Shown here: positions 48,421 to 61,425 of the stretch, one piece after another
How positions within the stretch are numbered: position 1 is the first letter of the stretch
Layout of the letters: the number at the start of each line of letters is the position of its first letter
From: Macrostomum lignano
Taxonomy: Eukaryota
Direction: 5' to 3'
Length of the DNA: 64,000 bases
NCBI GenBank assembly: GCA_002269645.1
Contig: NIVC01003192.1
Span: 49,131 to 113,130 of the forward strand
Notes under the pieces: model-generated
Told to the model about the DNA's origin: nothing
Database searches by the model: none
Seen by the model: only the letters and a program-made list of their open reading frames with translations
Made by a program: the position numbers and the translations under genes

Positions 48421-50835
48421 TCGCGATCTCTCCGTTTTGCCTGATTCAAGTGGCAACTTCTAATAATTAACCATTTTTTACTTAAATCGAGTTATAAATC
48501 TCATTTCATTGCTTGCTTAGCAAATAGTGCACAGGTAAAGCCATTAATTATTACCGTCTAACTAATGCCATCTTTTTTCGCACGCCATTATATTCTGCAC
48601 TTTTATTTCAGTCCATATGCGGCGCACAGGTAAAAAAGAAAAAATTTGCGCATTCGCTAAATTTGCATGCATCTTATTTACTGCACCTTCAGTTTTATTT
48701 CTCTGCACCCCCTGCTGGATTGTGGAGGCGGGGGCACATTTGGCTTGTGAGCGCTAATAACAAGATCTTCAACTTTTACACCGTGCTTAAAGCGAAATGT
48801 GCTGCCAGCTCCATAGGTCATCTCGAGCCCTAACTCAATGTGGCACTTATTTATATTTAATCTCTAATCCAAATATACTAAATCTCTAAGGTTTGTATGT
48901 TTGCTTGTCCATAACGCTCTAGTAGTATGCTAAAATTACTATATCTGCATGTACTAATGAGGTAGAACTAGATTGCACAATCACTGTTCAAACTGCACAC
49001 AGAATAGCCTGCGCAAAAAGTTCAAATTAATTTCAATACACGACCCCATCTCTGTCTGTGACCCCTCTCTACTACATCTTTGTCTCTCCTGCATCGAAGT
49101 TCTGATAGTTTAAATCAAAGCGACTTCTTTTCCAGCTTTGCATAACACTATCTGCATAAATTAGCTACTCCAGCAATAGCATATTGTCGGGCAAGGTAAC
49201 AAAAATTTATCACTTTTTTAGAATGAATGCATTGACAGCTGGCTTGGTCAGCCAACTGTCTCAGGGTTGTTATTAAATCAAGATAAAAAGCAAATACTCC
49301 ACCCAGTTACCACGAATAGATCGAATAGTAACAAAAAACAGCTGTACTTGACTTTTATCTCTTATAGGTTCTGACTTCATCGCTATAGCTATAGCTACAT
49401 GCAACGGCCGTGCATTTTTAATACCAAGCCATAAATCTTGAACGGAACGAGGGGCGTACTCAAAAAATTTAGGGGGGGGGGTTTGTTACGGAGAGAGGTG
49501 GCACTGGCAGACCCCGGAATTTTCCTCCCTCGACCCCTCCCCCTCTGGGTGCAACCCCTGAACTGCATGGACTCGAGTCGAGCTTAAAAAACTGTTTGTA
49601 TATATAACTGTGAGTTCCAATTAACGTACTGAATTCAAGAGGAGGGCACAAAAAAGATTTGGATAGTAACGCATTTTTACGAGGGGCCGGCGTTAGTGAT
49701 ATAGCTATCAAATATTCCAAAATAGCTGCAGGTAATAAATATTAGTGTGATGCAATTGAATTTCCGAGCAACGTATGTGGGCGCGGCATCTATATTGTAG
49801 TTGGTGTTCCCATGTGTAGAAGTGCAACCAAGCAAGGCCCCCGGATCTGCCAAGTGCAGCATGAGCATGAGGTCATGACCTCAGAATAACATACAAACTT
49901 TGATGGGACTAAAAGTTGCATCCCAGATGGGACTATGTAAAATAAAAAAATGATTATGCCTTTGGTCCGATCTTATGGTATTTTGCATATTTCGAACGCA
50001 TGTCCGCATAGTAGCTACATGTACTACTGTACTAACAGATAAATGCAAGCATTTTGCAAAAGTATGCAACCATTGTTTTCTCACAATTTGTTCGCAAATC
50101 TCCCTTCCATCTGCCCTATCCACTGATATCTTCAAGGTTGCAGGTTTTTTCACCAAATTCCAGCATCTCCACCGCATGGACTCCCGAAATATAAACGGAG
50201 CGAGCAGCTTATACGAGTTTATGCCGGTGCCCTTCCCAAAGTTGATTGGCAAGATTTAGAAAAGTATGTTCTTCGCTAATATCACATCTTTCTAATATAT
50301 CACATCACACCACATTACTTACGAGCGTATTTGCGAGCGGCAAGGCTACATGCAGTTTGTGCTTTACTCGTAAAAACGGCTTTGATTTCGCAAATATTTC
50401 CTTTTGCATAACGCTGAATGTGATTTCAGCTGCGGAAATTTCAAAAAATTTGACTGCTATTGATAATTCCTGATCGGCTAGAAAAAACGTCACAGATAGA
50501 ATGGATAACGTGTACATGTACATGTATCTTGCACTTATATGCACATACGTGCATCTCACATGTATTACATGTATTACATTACATGTATCAAGAAGTTTGG
50601 TACATGTATATTTTGGAGAGATGTCAGAATGTCAGAATCAGTATTTATCGATCAGTACCCTTTGAAAAAATGCATGTACATGTAGCTCACACTGTACCTG
50701 TGCAAAGTTGCCGCAGTGCGCGAGAGTAAACTATATTTGCATTTAAAAATCAGAGGCAAGAGATCAAATGTGTGAAAAATGCTGTAATTTGTGTATTATA
50801 GTGCCTGAAATTCAGAAATGAATTAAAAGCGCGAG

Positions 50836-51860
50836 AATGAGTGAGTGAGAGAGTAAGCGAGAATATAGGAGTGAGGGTGAGAGAGTGAGTGAGTGAGTGA
50901 GTGAGTGAGTGAGTGAGAGAGAGTGAGTGAGAGAGAAAGCGAGAATATAGGAGTGAGGGTGAGAGAGTGAGTGAGTGAGTGAGAGAGTGAGTGAGTGAGT
51001 GAGTGAGAGAGAGTGAGAGAGAGAGAAAGCGAGAATATAGGAGTGAGGGTGAGAGAGTGAGTGAGTGAGTGAGTGAGTGAGAGAGTGAGTGAGTGAGTGA
51101 GTGAGTGAGAGAGTGAGTGAGTGAGTGAGTGAGTGAGTAAGTGAGTGAGTGAGAGAGAGTGAGTGAGAGAGAAAGCGAGAATATAGGAGTGAGGGTGAGA
51201 GAGTGAGTGAGTGAGTGAGAGAGTGAGTGAGTGAGTGAGTGAGTGAGAGAGAGTGAGAGAGAGAGAAAGCGAGAATATAGGAGTGAGGGTGAGAGAGTGA
51301 GTGAGTGAGTGAGTGAGTGAGAGAGTGAGTGAGTGAGTGAGTGAGTGAGAGAGTGAGTGAGTGAGTGAGTGAGTGAGTAAGTGAGTGAGTGAGAGAGAAA
51401 GCGAGAATATAGGAGTGAGGGTGAGAGAGTGAGTGAGTGAGTGAGTGAGTGAGAGAGTGAGTGAGTGAGTGAGTGAGTGAGAGAGTGAGTGAGTGAGTGA
51501 GTGAGTGAGTAAGTGAGTGAGTGAGAGAGAGTGAGTGAGAGAGAAATCGAGAATATAGGAGTGAGGGTGAGAGAGTGAGTGAGTGAGAGAGAGAGAAAGA
51601 GAGAGAGTGAGTGAGTGAGTGAGTGAGAGAGTGAGTGAGTGAGTGAGTGAGAGAGTGAGTGAGTGAGTGAGTGAGTGAGTAAGTGAGTGAGTGAGAGAGA
51701 GTGAGTGAGAGAGAAAGCGAGAATATAGGAGTGAGGGTGAGAGAGTGAGTGAGTGAGAGAGAGAGAAAGAGAGAGAGTGAGTGAGTGAGTGAGTGAGAGA
51801 GTGAGTTAAAGAGAGAGTGAGAGAGAGAGAGAGAGAGAGTGAGTGAGAGAGTGAGAGATC
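50836..51860. repeat. (GAGT)n compound array punctuated by AAAGCGAGAATATAGGAGTGAGGGTGAGA
   Basis: About 1 kb inside the right arm of the MULE. Confidence 0.93.
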
Positions 51861-54560
51861 TCCTAACCCCCGGATCCATATATTCTCTCAAATTACATGT
51901 GCATGTACATTTACTCTCATCCCCTCCCTTTGCTTTCACCAAAATTCTCGGCTTTGAGTACACAATAAAATACACACAATAATGCTCGTACATTTACACA
52001 GACATTCTCATAGGCATTGGGCCTAAGATGCGCTTTTTCTGTTATGTGAGTGAACGATAGTGGTTAACTTGCTTTCGTCAAAGTACATGTAAACCTTCGT
52101 CAAAATGAATGGCACCTCTAAATCCACGTACCATAGCACAATATCAAGCCGCTAGATTTGTTTGTCCGTAATAATGCACTAGACGCACCCAGACGCCGAA
52201 TATACACTCAAATAATCGTGCGAGCTCGTAAAAAAACTTTTCAAATTACAGCAACTTGCAATTGAACTTTTGAGAGGCTTTTTGAAAGTGAAGTTAAAAT
52301 TAATTACTCAAGCTTTTGCTCTCAAAAGCATTATTCATGCTCATCCACTGCTAAAAGTAACAAATTGTGCTTTTGTTAAAGATATTTTTAAAATTGCCCT
52401 TGTTGGCTTGCAATCGTTTTGGGCCACTTAATTATTCATCTTATTCCTGACCAATCTTGGGACGCTTCTTCCTCATCTAACTCCACAACCCATCACAACC
52501 AATAGCAATGCTGGAAGATTGGTAGCTCCCCCTCAATTCCAGTAGCCAGTAAGAGCTGTGGCGGTCTTGGTGTGTGGCGGTCTTGGTCATGCGCCACTGT
52601 GACCAGAGTATTAAGAATTTTTTTAAACTTTAAGCATCTTAGATATGCTTGTCATATGTCAGTGACAGTAGATCTCATTTGTTGCTAGACAGCAGGTTGG
52701 TTGAAGTACTACTTCTTAAATAGCTAGGTAACAGCATTGCTCTTAGGCTACAGTCCCACTTTGTATTTTTCATTGCACACCTTACACTTAAATAATCTTT
52801 TTCCTATATGCACCTTGGAGTCAAGAGTGGAATATATAGTGAGTAGGGCCTATGTTAGGTGGCTCATTCCAGCCAGATAAGATAGACATATTTGGAAAAT
52901 AGTAAAAAGTCAATATTTTGCTCACCATTGCCTTGCTAGCTAATTTTTCTGCCAAATGTTCTTTATGTATAATATAAGCCTATACTAGCATACAATCTAA
53001 AAATAAAGGCAATTGTCATTTGTCCAGTTACTGGATTATGACCATGCTTTCTTATTCATCTAGTTAATACTGGACAAATAGACATTTTGTTATTTGTCCA
53101 ATTAAATTAATAATGCTAAAAAATCTATTTCATAGAAACTACAAGGATAAATATTCCTAGACTTTAAAGACTTCTTATTTGTATCTTGATTATTAGTTTA
53201 TTATGTTGTTATACTAGTGTGTCTTATATACAAAATTATGCCAAATTGAATACATTGCTTTGCTAACAGTATATAAGAAAATATTAATTAATATACAAGA
53301 AAAGGTCTTAAAAATTTAGAATATTCATCATAAAACAAACAGATACTTGTGTTAGCAATTTAAGCAGACAAATAGCAAAAAGGCTATTTGTCCAGTCATT
53401 GGACAAATAACAAATGCCAAAAATGAATGGTAAAATGTTGGATTAGTATAATATCAGTTGGCAAAAAGCTATTTTTATAAAAAATTGGACATTTTTTTAA
53501 GCAAAAGACATCATTAACTTTGTGTACCTTTTGAAAACAAATAAAAAGCTTTGGAAGATTGAAACAAACTATAGATAAAATTATAGTATTTGCATAATTA
53601 GATATAAACATTAATGGCCATATAATCTATTAAATTTTTAATCTATTGGTAATTCAAAGTTAGTGAATTGACAGAAAAAAGTTAAAACCATAATGTTATG
53701 ACCATAAGGCTGCCTATTCTTTTGTACCTTTGTTGCCTTTAAATAAGTTTAAATATTCTAATAAAAAAGTATGATTTCTTTAGATGTTCTTAGTCAAATT
53801 AAAAAACAGAATATCAAAAATGATAAATGTTAGGGCCTATTTAAGACTTTTATCTATTAGTTTCTATATGTTTCTATATTGTTATCAAGCCTAAGAAGAA
53901 CTTTTTCAGTGCATGATTCTGTGACTATAAATATGTAAATATAATATTCATATAGAATTCTTTTTGTTAGGATAAATAATATATATTTATATATTATAAT
54001 TTATTGGAATATTCCAAATAAAATAAAACTGATAAAAACTTTGTGGGCATTTGTGTTGTGGCTCATTAAACTGCAACTATTAAAACAAAAAATGTATACA
54101 TCTAAAATTTATAAATTAAAATCAAAGAGCCACTATATGCAGGTAGGCCTACCCTTTTTCATAGACATAAGGACCCAGAAAAGACTTGTAAGAAAATACA
54201 ACAATCAAGAATACAAGATAAAGTGGAAAATTTAGAAAACATATTCCAAAGCATCCCAATTACACCAAATAATAATTTAAGCTGCTTATTATATACTTAT
54301 AAACACAACTCAATGCAATATGGCTATGGATAACAAATTATAGACTATAAATCTGCTAGATTTTAATCAACTTTAATCAAATCAGCTGATGCTCCAAGCC
54401 AGCCACTGCCTGAGCTGCAATGCCTGAGCAGGTTGCCTTGCAGGTGGCTGAGCAGATGGCTAAGCACCTGCTCTAAAAAGACACTGATATAGATAAACAC
54501 CTTTTGAGCTTAGCATATGATGTAATATACAATTCAGAATGATCCTCACGAATTTCAGCA

Positions 54561-57408
54561 ATGATTTCGTCAAGAAAACTAAATGCGAAATCGAGAAAAA
54601 GACAATCTGAAGTAGTACTGATGACTGGCCAACGCGGAAGGCCAAGGATATTGCGAACGTCTAATGCGCCTAATGCATTGGAAAGTACTACATCGATTGC
54701 CACGGCTTCCTCGTGTTCCACAGTCACTGGCGGCAGTCTTTCACAAGATCTGGGTGCAGGAAACCATGACTCTATGCCTGAACAGATTAGTAATAAGTTT
54801 GAACAGCCGCCTAAATTCACGGAATGGGAAGACTACACGGCCATTGTGGAAAGTTACACTGCCGGTTATAAACAGTCATTCGAGTTAAAATGCTGTGTTC
54901 GTTGCGACATGCAGCCTGGAGTTTTCCGATGCGTTCATTGTCAGTACGATGTCTGCAGTGATTGTAAAAAGATAACGCATGGAAATTTTGCTGCTCACAA
55001 GTTCCTCCAGTGGAATGTAAGTTGTTTTAAAATCTAAATTGCAATTTCTAAGGATATTAGTTTACTGTGAAGAAAACAATGACGCCTATTTGGCAGTATA
55101 ACGCTGTATTAAATTTGACGTGAAACAAAAGTATTTAGAATGCTAATAGCCTTAGTACGGAATAATATTTTTATAACACCGCATACAAAATTTAACCCTT
55201 TTTCCTAGGCTCAATCGCTAATGTTTGAAGACATTCAAGAAGAAGAGCCTGTCTCTCTATTCTGCTGTAGCGAATCAAGCTTGTCTTCTGAGTTTACAAC
55301 ATCATCCGAAATTCAGATTATTGACATCAACGGAATTGTTTGCGCCAGAATTTATACGTGCCAATCCTGTGATAAAGTTGATGCCATGCTAGCAAAAGGA
55401 TACTTTCCTGGAAGCGAGTCACGCGTTGGCGAATTGTTAACATTTTTTTCAATTAGCTTTCTATCAACTCTTGACTCCTTGTGCTTTGACGGTCAACTGC
55501 CACTGTCTCGTGCAATTACCTGTCTTTTCAAAGGCTCCGTCGTAGGACAAGGTCGCTGGAACCCTGGTTTAGCCGATCGAGTGTATCAGAGATTGCAGCG
55601 TAATGGAGTCCTACTGCGGTTTCGAGAGTTGCAGAGGTGTTCAGCAAGCTGGCCTGCTAGTTGTCTTTTGTGTCCTGACCAAAATTCAAGTCGGAAGTCT
55701 GTAGTTTGTGCTGATGCTCTATTTGGATGGCGAAGACTACAAAGTATGGGTTCGAAGCAACGTCTAGTGCCAGATTCTGAACGCTCATTGCCGTCACCGC
55801 TTATTCATGTAGAACCAGCAACTGTACCGCCTCCTACGACACAAGTGTCTGCAGAAGGCTGCACTAACTGGAAGGCTGGAACAGAAAAACCCGTGATCAG
55901 GGCCAGCAAGCACGATGTCAACGGTTTCTTTGGCTTATTTTGCCGGCATAACAGGCTTCTGACAGGTTGCAACATTATTACAGCTGGTGAGGGCCTGTGC
56001 TATCCAGAACAGACTCTTCGTCATTACCTAATGACACAGCCCGTCTCAAAGGATCTCATTTTTATCTATGATGTTGGTGAGTTGATTTTTATCGTGTTTC
56101 TATCATGCTGCACTTATTTACACTATACACTTATAGTGTGTGCTTACTTATGCTTGTGCTTACTTATGTACGTGCATGCGTACTGCGACACGAAGCTCAA
56201 TTATTTATTCATTTAAAAACTTTTTCCTAAAATCAGGTTGTCGCATTTCCAATCGTGTCAAGTCCATGGTGTCAGCATCTGGTGTACAGCTTAACAGTGT
56301 CACGTGCGCTGTGAACGCCTTTCATGTGCTGGGCCACGAGAGACAATGCCAACTAAAGTACTCCGTGCGGGTAACTCCTGGAGCGGGTCTTTGCGACGGG
56401 GAGAATACGGAGCGCGCTTGGTCTGCACTACGACCGTTTGGTAAAAGCTTAAAGTACATGCGGTCCGATCGCAGAAGTGCTTGTATGTCTTACATTTTGC
56501 ATTGCTTCAATGCTAATCAGTTGTTGTACGCCTCCAATTGGTTTTCTGCTCGATTAAAACTAATAACTCGCACAGCCGCGTCTTGTTCAGCTGAAATGGA
56601 GCAATTGCTTCTACAAGCTGGCGATTTGATGCGGAACAACAAATTAACTATTCCTGCCGGAATCTCTGAGGTAGCCATTTTAAATCTTGCTCAACAATGG
56701 CATGCAGAAGCCATAAATCCCAATAGCGACTCTCCATTGAGCAGGGAACCTTACGCAAAGCTTAAGGCACTTGCTTTGGAACGATTCTATTGGATCCGTC
56801 AGAGTGGCTGCTCAGATGGACAAAAAGAAAATCGAGCATGTCTACGCAAGGTTGCGGCTTTAAATGCAGACATTCGAATGGCCGCCCGCTCGCTTCCGCC
56901 AGGCCTTCGCGTGCCCACTATGATTCAGCTTCGCGACTTCCAGTCAGACTTCTACTTCGGTCTTTCGATCGATGTGTCTGAGAGGTTCAAGCGACGGGTG
57001 GTTGACTTGTATCACAAGCTGAATCGTCTAGCGGAGGAAAAGATCATTATTGTGCAAGAGTGGCGTGACGTTCAAATTAAACTTGAACAGCACTGTGAAA
57101 CACTCCATCATCAACCTGGATTGCCAGCCCAGTTTCGATGCCTCTTTCAGACTATTTTAAAGCAACTTCAAGCTCTTCGCTTTGATCACATTGACGCAAG
57201 CATTGAAGCTGCTGCTGCTGATGCGCAGCATCCAAACGACGCTGGTACCAACGTAAATCAGCCAGATGACGTTGAAGCCCGAGTCATTCAGACGTTGAAT
57301 CAAGTCGTGAGCAGTCTGAGTCAGATGAAGAATGGATTGATAGTATTTAATTCCGAAACTCGATTACTTGAAACTGTTATCCATAGGATAATCATATTTC
57401 GGATGTAA
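54561..57408 (+). CDS. KDZ (Kyakuja-Dileera-Zisupton) transposase with CxC cysteine cluster; exons 54561-55016, 55209-56076, 56237-57408 (about 830 aa; true start uncertain)
   Basis: C..C...FRC.HC...C..C...H...H finger; CxC-like region with GYFP; core motifs VCADALF, GLFCRH...GEG..YP, IYDVG|GC (across a phase-1 intron), AFHVLGHERQCQ, GLCDGENTERAWS. All splice sites are canonical and the joined frame is open. Confidence 0.85.
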
Positions 57409-57513
57409 ACTAGCTTGTTTACATGAAATTCTAAACCAGTTTATAAACGTATACCGATTTCTCTTAGAAATTTACTGTAAAGTTTACAGCCTACCAAAGT
57501 AAGCAGTATTTCA

Positions 57514-57805
57514 GCTTTCAAAAAGCTGGCCGCTTTGCATTTCTTGCTGTGGCTTCCCGCTCTTAGTGGCGGGATTGATCCTTAGTTCAATGCTGCAAAA
57601 GACCGCTGTGCACTGTTTACTGTGCTGTGGAATTTGTTTTGCTCTGCAAAGTGAACTATGGATTAACCCCCTGAACGGTGTTCGGCCTCTTCGTGGCTCA
57701 GGGGATCCACGATTCACTTTTAGAATCGGCTAACTGAGCACCATTTTTTCTTGTTCATTTTTCTTTTATACTTCTGTTAACAATTTTAGATATTTGCTTC
57801 ACTGA
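57514..57805 (+). repeat. 292-bp direct repeat, copy 1
   Basis: Appears identical base by base to 61494-61785. Confidence 0.95.
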
Positions 57806-58510
57806 TTGAAATTTATAACTACGAGCAACTTTCTTGAATGTGTTTTATTCTCTCGTTTGTATTACTTAATATTTCATGCATTTATATGCAGTCGCCTGTC
57901 GTTGCAGCGAGAGGCGCATATGCGTCTTACTTTTGTCCCTTTTCGTTGTACTACACTTTGACACTCACTGCAATTTGTCAGTTCTCTTATGTTAGCCTGC
58001 GTTTAGACGCCCGCTATGCCAATAGTATATTTGCATACTGCTTCAAAGATAGCGCGAAAGTATAATAAAAGTGGAACTAGTAATCGTGATATACACATTT
58101 TTGTCTTTTACTTTTGTTACGTGTTAACCATAAGCAATAGCAGTGACCCATCCCGCCATGCACTCATTATCCCATTTATAGCAGCACTTTAGGCTTGGCT
58201 GGGGAGATTGAAAATGTAACTGCCCACACTAACTAATGGCACCCTGCTTGGCCTGTAGCCTTATTGACTCGGACTCGAGGGTTTCAGTTGAGAGGAAAGG
58301 ATGTTCATGTTGGAAGATAGACCTGGTTCCGATCAGAGGATAGGAGATTCAGATGTGAGATTCAGAATTTTTTATACTCTAAAGCATTTCCTCTCCGTCA
58401 TTGTCTTAGAATACAAAAATTAAGACTTAATTTGCCTAACCTCCCTGGAAGCAGTATAATAATAAGCCCACAACGTTTTCCCGATGCTCTTGAATGTCAC
58501 CCGCGGGACA

Positions 58511-59101
58511 ATGTCTCACATGGTGCAGGTTCATACGCAGATTTCCTGTTTGATCTGCAATGCTTGGACAGGACGCGCATCTGGTTTCAAGGTACATTGC
58601 AATCGAAAGCACCCTGATGCCACTGAAGAGCAAATTGATGCCACAATCCGCCTTTTTGGACTTTTAAAGGCAAAGAAGCGAACCGAATCGGGTTACCTCT
58701 ATCAGTGTCCTGTTTGCAGTGTTATCACTTCGAATTTACCAAGCCATGTTAGGGTAAAACATGGAAAGCAATCTAAGACAAATGGAAATTCGCAATCTAC
58801 CTATAACTTAGACGAGGCTAAAGAAAACGCTGAAGTTTTAATTTCTAAGCTGCAATCACTAGCCGCCAGGAACCCCTCCGAAAAGTGTGCCGATTCACAG
58901 CTCTCCGGTCCAAGTGTTTTACGTTCAAACATTTTCAATTGCCCTGATAGCCATTGTACATGCCCCTGCCACAGTTGTAGTGTAACTACGTTAGACAATG
59001 ATTTCAATGGCTTTTTTAATCCAGCTTCTCCCAGCGTTTCGTTGCAACAAAATGCAAATCCTACAATTTCGAATTCCGTTTCACTACTCGATTTGCTTTA
59101 A
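58511..59101 (+). CDS. Double C2H2 zinc-finger ORF (separate gene or upstream exon of the SET gene)
   Basis: CLIC...HCNRKH and CPVC...HVRVKH fingers plus a Cys/His cluster CPDSHCTCPCHSC. Confidence 0.65.
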   Translation: MSHMVQVHTQISCLICNAWTGRASGFKVHCNRKHPDATEEQIDATIRLFGLLKAKKRTESGYLYQCPVCSVITSNLPSHVRVKHGKQSKTNGNSQSTYNLDEAKENAEVLISKLQSLAARNPSEKCADSQLSGPSVLRSNIFNCPDSHCTCPCHSCSVTTLDNDFNGFFNPASPSVSLQQNANPTISNSVSLLDLL

Positions 59102-59386
59102 AACTTCAGTGTGACTGGCAACCTAATGCTACTATGCAGAAATTCGGGACTGTAATGCGTTATCAAGTCCGTTGTATCGCCCAACCTTTCAAATAAACAT
59201 TTGATTTGATCTGTTCAGCTGCCTTTTATTATTGTCCTGAGACTACGAGCGAGCGGAACATGCCTTCTTTGCTTTCAGTCTGACAGTCTTTAAGAGTGCA
59301 TTGTAAAGTACCTATTACCAAGATGCCTAGTTCATTCATCTTTCACCGTAGTTAAAGGTTTCATTTTGATTTTTCCTCATTTTCAG

Positions 59387-61425
59387 AAAGTTTGCGCGAC
59401 ACGTTTTATCGAGAACTAAATTTTACTCTAAACGTTTACGTTGAAAACTTGAATCAATTCAATATGGACCCTGACCAGTTTATTTGCCCGATGTGTGACT
59501 ATTCCACCAATCGGTCCGCCACCCTCCTTCGACACGCTCGAAGCAAGCATACAGCAAACTACGATCGAGTCGAAGCCTACATTCTCTACAAACGTTGGCA
59601 TGGCAAAAGAGATTTAAAGCTTTGCCAGCTGTGCAGCTCATTTGCCGCCTCTAATATGAGACAACACATGCGGCTGTGCCATTTCGGCGAAGCATTTGTT
59701 GTCGGCCGTGCAGCCGTAGCTGATGCGAGGGCAAGGGCATATGACAGAATTGAGGGCCTGCGGTTGTTGGCCTTTTACGGCATCCGGCCTCAACTAAATC
59801 TTAATCCAGCCTTGCCGCTTGAAAGCCTGCCGGAATCTGCCGCCGCTATAACAATGGACGCGGACTTAGCTACCGACGCTGAAATGGCGACCTCCAATGA
59901 GGTGTGTTAAACTAAAATTTGTGTCCATGGTTTTTTGTTGTTAAAACGCTGCGGCCTGTAACCTTGAAAGCATCAGGTCGCGGGTCAGGTCAGGTCGCAA
60001 CTTTTCTTAAAAAGTTGAATGTTTGGTAAATTTGAGAAGATGAAAGTGAAAAATGAATAAATAAAAGCTTTTAGATACTTTGCTCAAAAGGAAATATTAG
60101 GGATTAACAACAAGGGGTGGGGTCTTTTATGCTGGCCCATGGTTTATGGTGTAGAGCAATTATCTTACCATCAGCTGGGTTGCATGTATGTTTAATGAAA
60201 ATAACAAAGGGTTACGTTCATCTTTAATTGCATGTTGTAACCATTATGATGTACTTTTTTCTTCACTGTCAGGTTCCCCTTAGCGTTCGGCTCCAAAGAG
60301 GAGAAGCCAATAAAGATGGCCTGTCCAATGATCCGCCTTTCGAGCCGACTGTGACTTCGCCTGAGGACTCAAATAGCCACGCTGCTGCGGTTGCCCCTCC
60401 TGCAATGGCAGCTAATCGCGAGCTTCTGGTCCCGGAGTCTGCCGCTGCTGCAACTATAGACGTCGCCTTATCTACCGACGCTGTACCGGCGACCTCCAAT
60501 GAAGTAAGTTGGTCAAACTAAATGAAGTCCACAGTTTATTGTGTGAAACAGTGTTCTTAGGAACAATTTTGTTGCATGTTTATTCAATGCAAAGATTAAA
60601 GCGTTGGGGTTAATCTGCATTTGTATGCCGTTACCACTATGAATCATTTGTCCTCTTCATTTTCTTCACTGTCAGGTTCCCCTTAGCGTTCGGCTCCAAA
60701 GAGGAGAAGCCAATAAAGATGGCCTGTCCAATGATCCGCCTTTCGAGCCGACTGTGACTTCGCCTGAGGACTCAAATAGCCACGCTGCTGCGGTTGCCCC
60801 TCCTGCAATGGCAGCTAATCGCGAGCGTCTAGTCCCGGACACTATCACAACTCCGGACGGAGCATGCACGCCGCTCCTTCACGTGACGCCTCACGGCCGA
60901 GCTAGCCGTGGGAGTCCAGAGCGATCCCTGCCGACCGAAATGGCGTCTATGAGGCAACTCACTATGGCCGATGTGGTTCGACAGACAATGATTTCTACCG
61001 GCAACGTCGTGGTTCAGGCCGGTAGCGTCGACGCAGAGGGTCTGGGGGCATTTGCCCGTACGGACCTCCCAAAAGGCACTGTCGTCTGTACTTACGGTGG
61101 AGAATTAATCCAAGGACAAAAAGCACGCCTCGCCCGGGAGGAAGATATTGTAAAGCAAGGGAAGCCATGCTGCTTCTTGTTTTTCTTTTCCTGGCGAGAT
61201 CAAGCTTATTGCATCGACGCAACCAACACTTTCCAGTACGTCGGTCGGTACATTAACCATAGCCGGCGAAGAAATAACTTGAAGCCGATTGTTGCTGATG
61301 TAAACAATAAACCGCATCTGGTCTTCCAAGCCATTCGAGACATTGCTCGAGGCGAGGAGCTACTCTACGATTATGGAGAAAGGCGCTCGGATGTGCTTCG
61401 ACTGCATCCGTGGCTTAAAGACTGA
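59387..61425 (+). CDS. C2H2-ZnF-SET protein, SET8/PR-Set7 (KMT5A)-like methyltransferase; exons 59387(ATG 59464)-59901, 60273-60503, 60676-61425
   Basis: Fingers CPMC..HARSKH and CQLC..HMRLCH; phase-0 GT-AG introns; SET motifs GLGAFA, TYGGELI, YCIDAT, GRYINHS, IRDIARGEELLYDYGER and terminal HPWLK characteristic of SET8. Confidence 0.85.

Larger units (their letters stand above)
44389..52595 (+). mobile_element. Full-length Mutator (MULE) transposon, 8207 bp
   Basis: 39-bp TIRs GGTGTAGG/GGCGCATG-ACCAAGACCGCCACACACCAAGACCGCCACA (44389-44427, 52557-52595); TSD ACTGTGAC at 44381-44388 and 52596-52603; internal MULE transposase. Confidence 0.9.

Noticed and set aside
49445-49700. Possible hAT MITE starting AGGGGCGTACTCA
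   Set aside because: No matching right TIR or TSD found.
50812-51993. 393-aa SLTH-repeat ORF
   Set aside because: Translation of the (GAGT)n array.
57514-57805. 292-bp repeat as LTR, SECIS or hammerhead ribozyme
   Set aside because: No TG..CA, PBS or TSD; the GUGAA/CGAU quartet is out of register with the stem; no CUGANGA..GAAA core on either strand.
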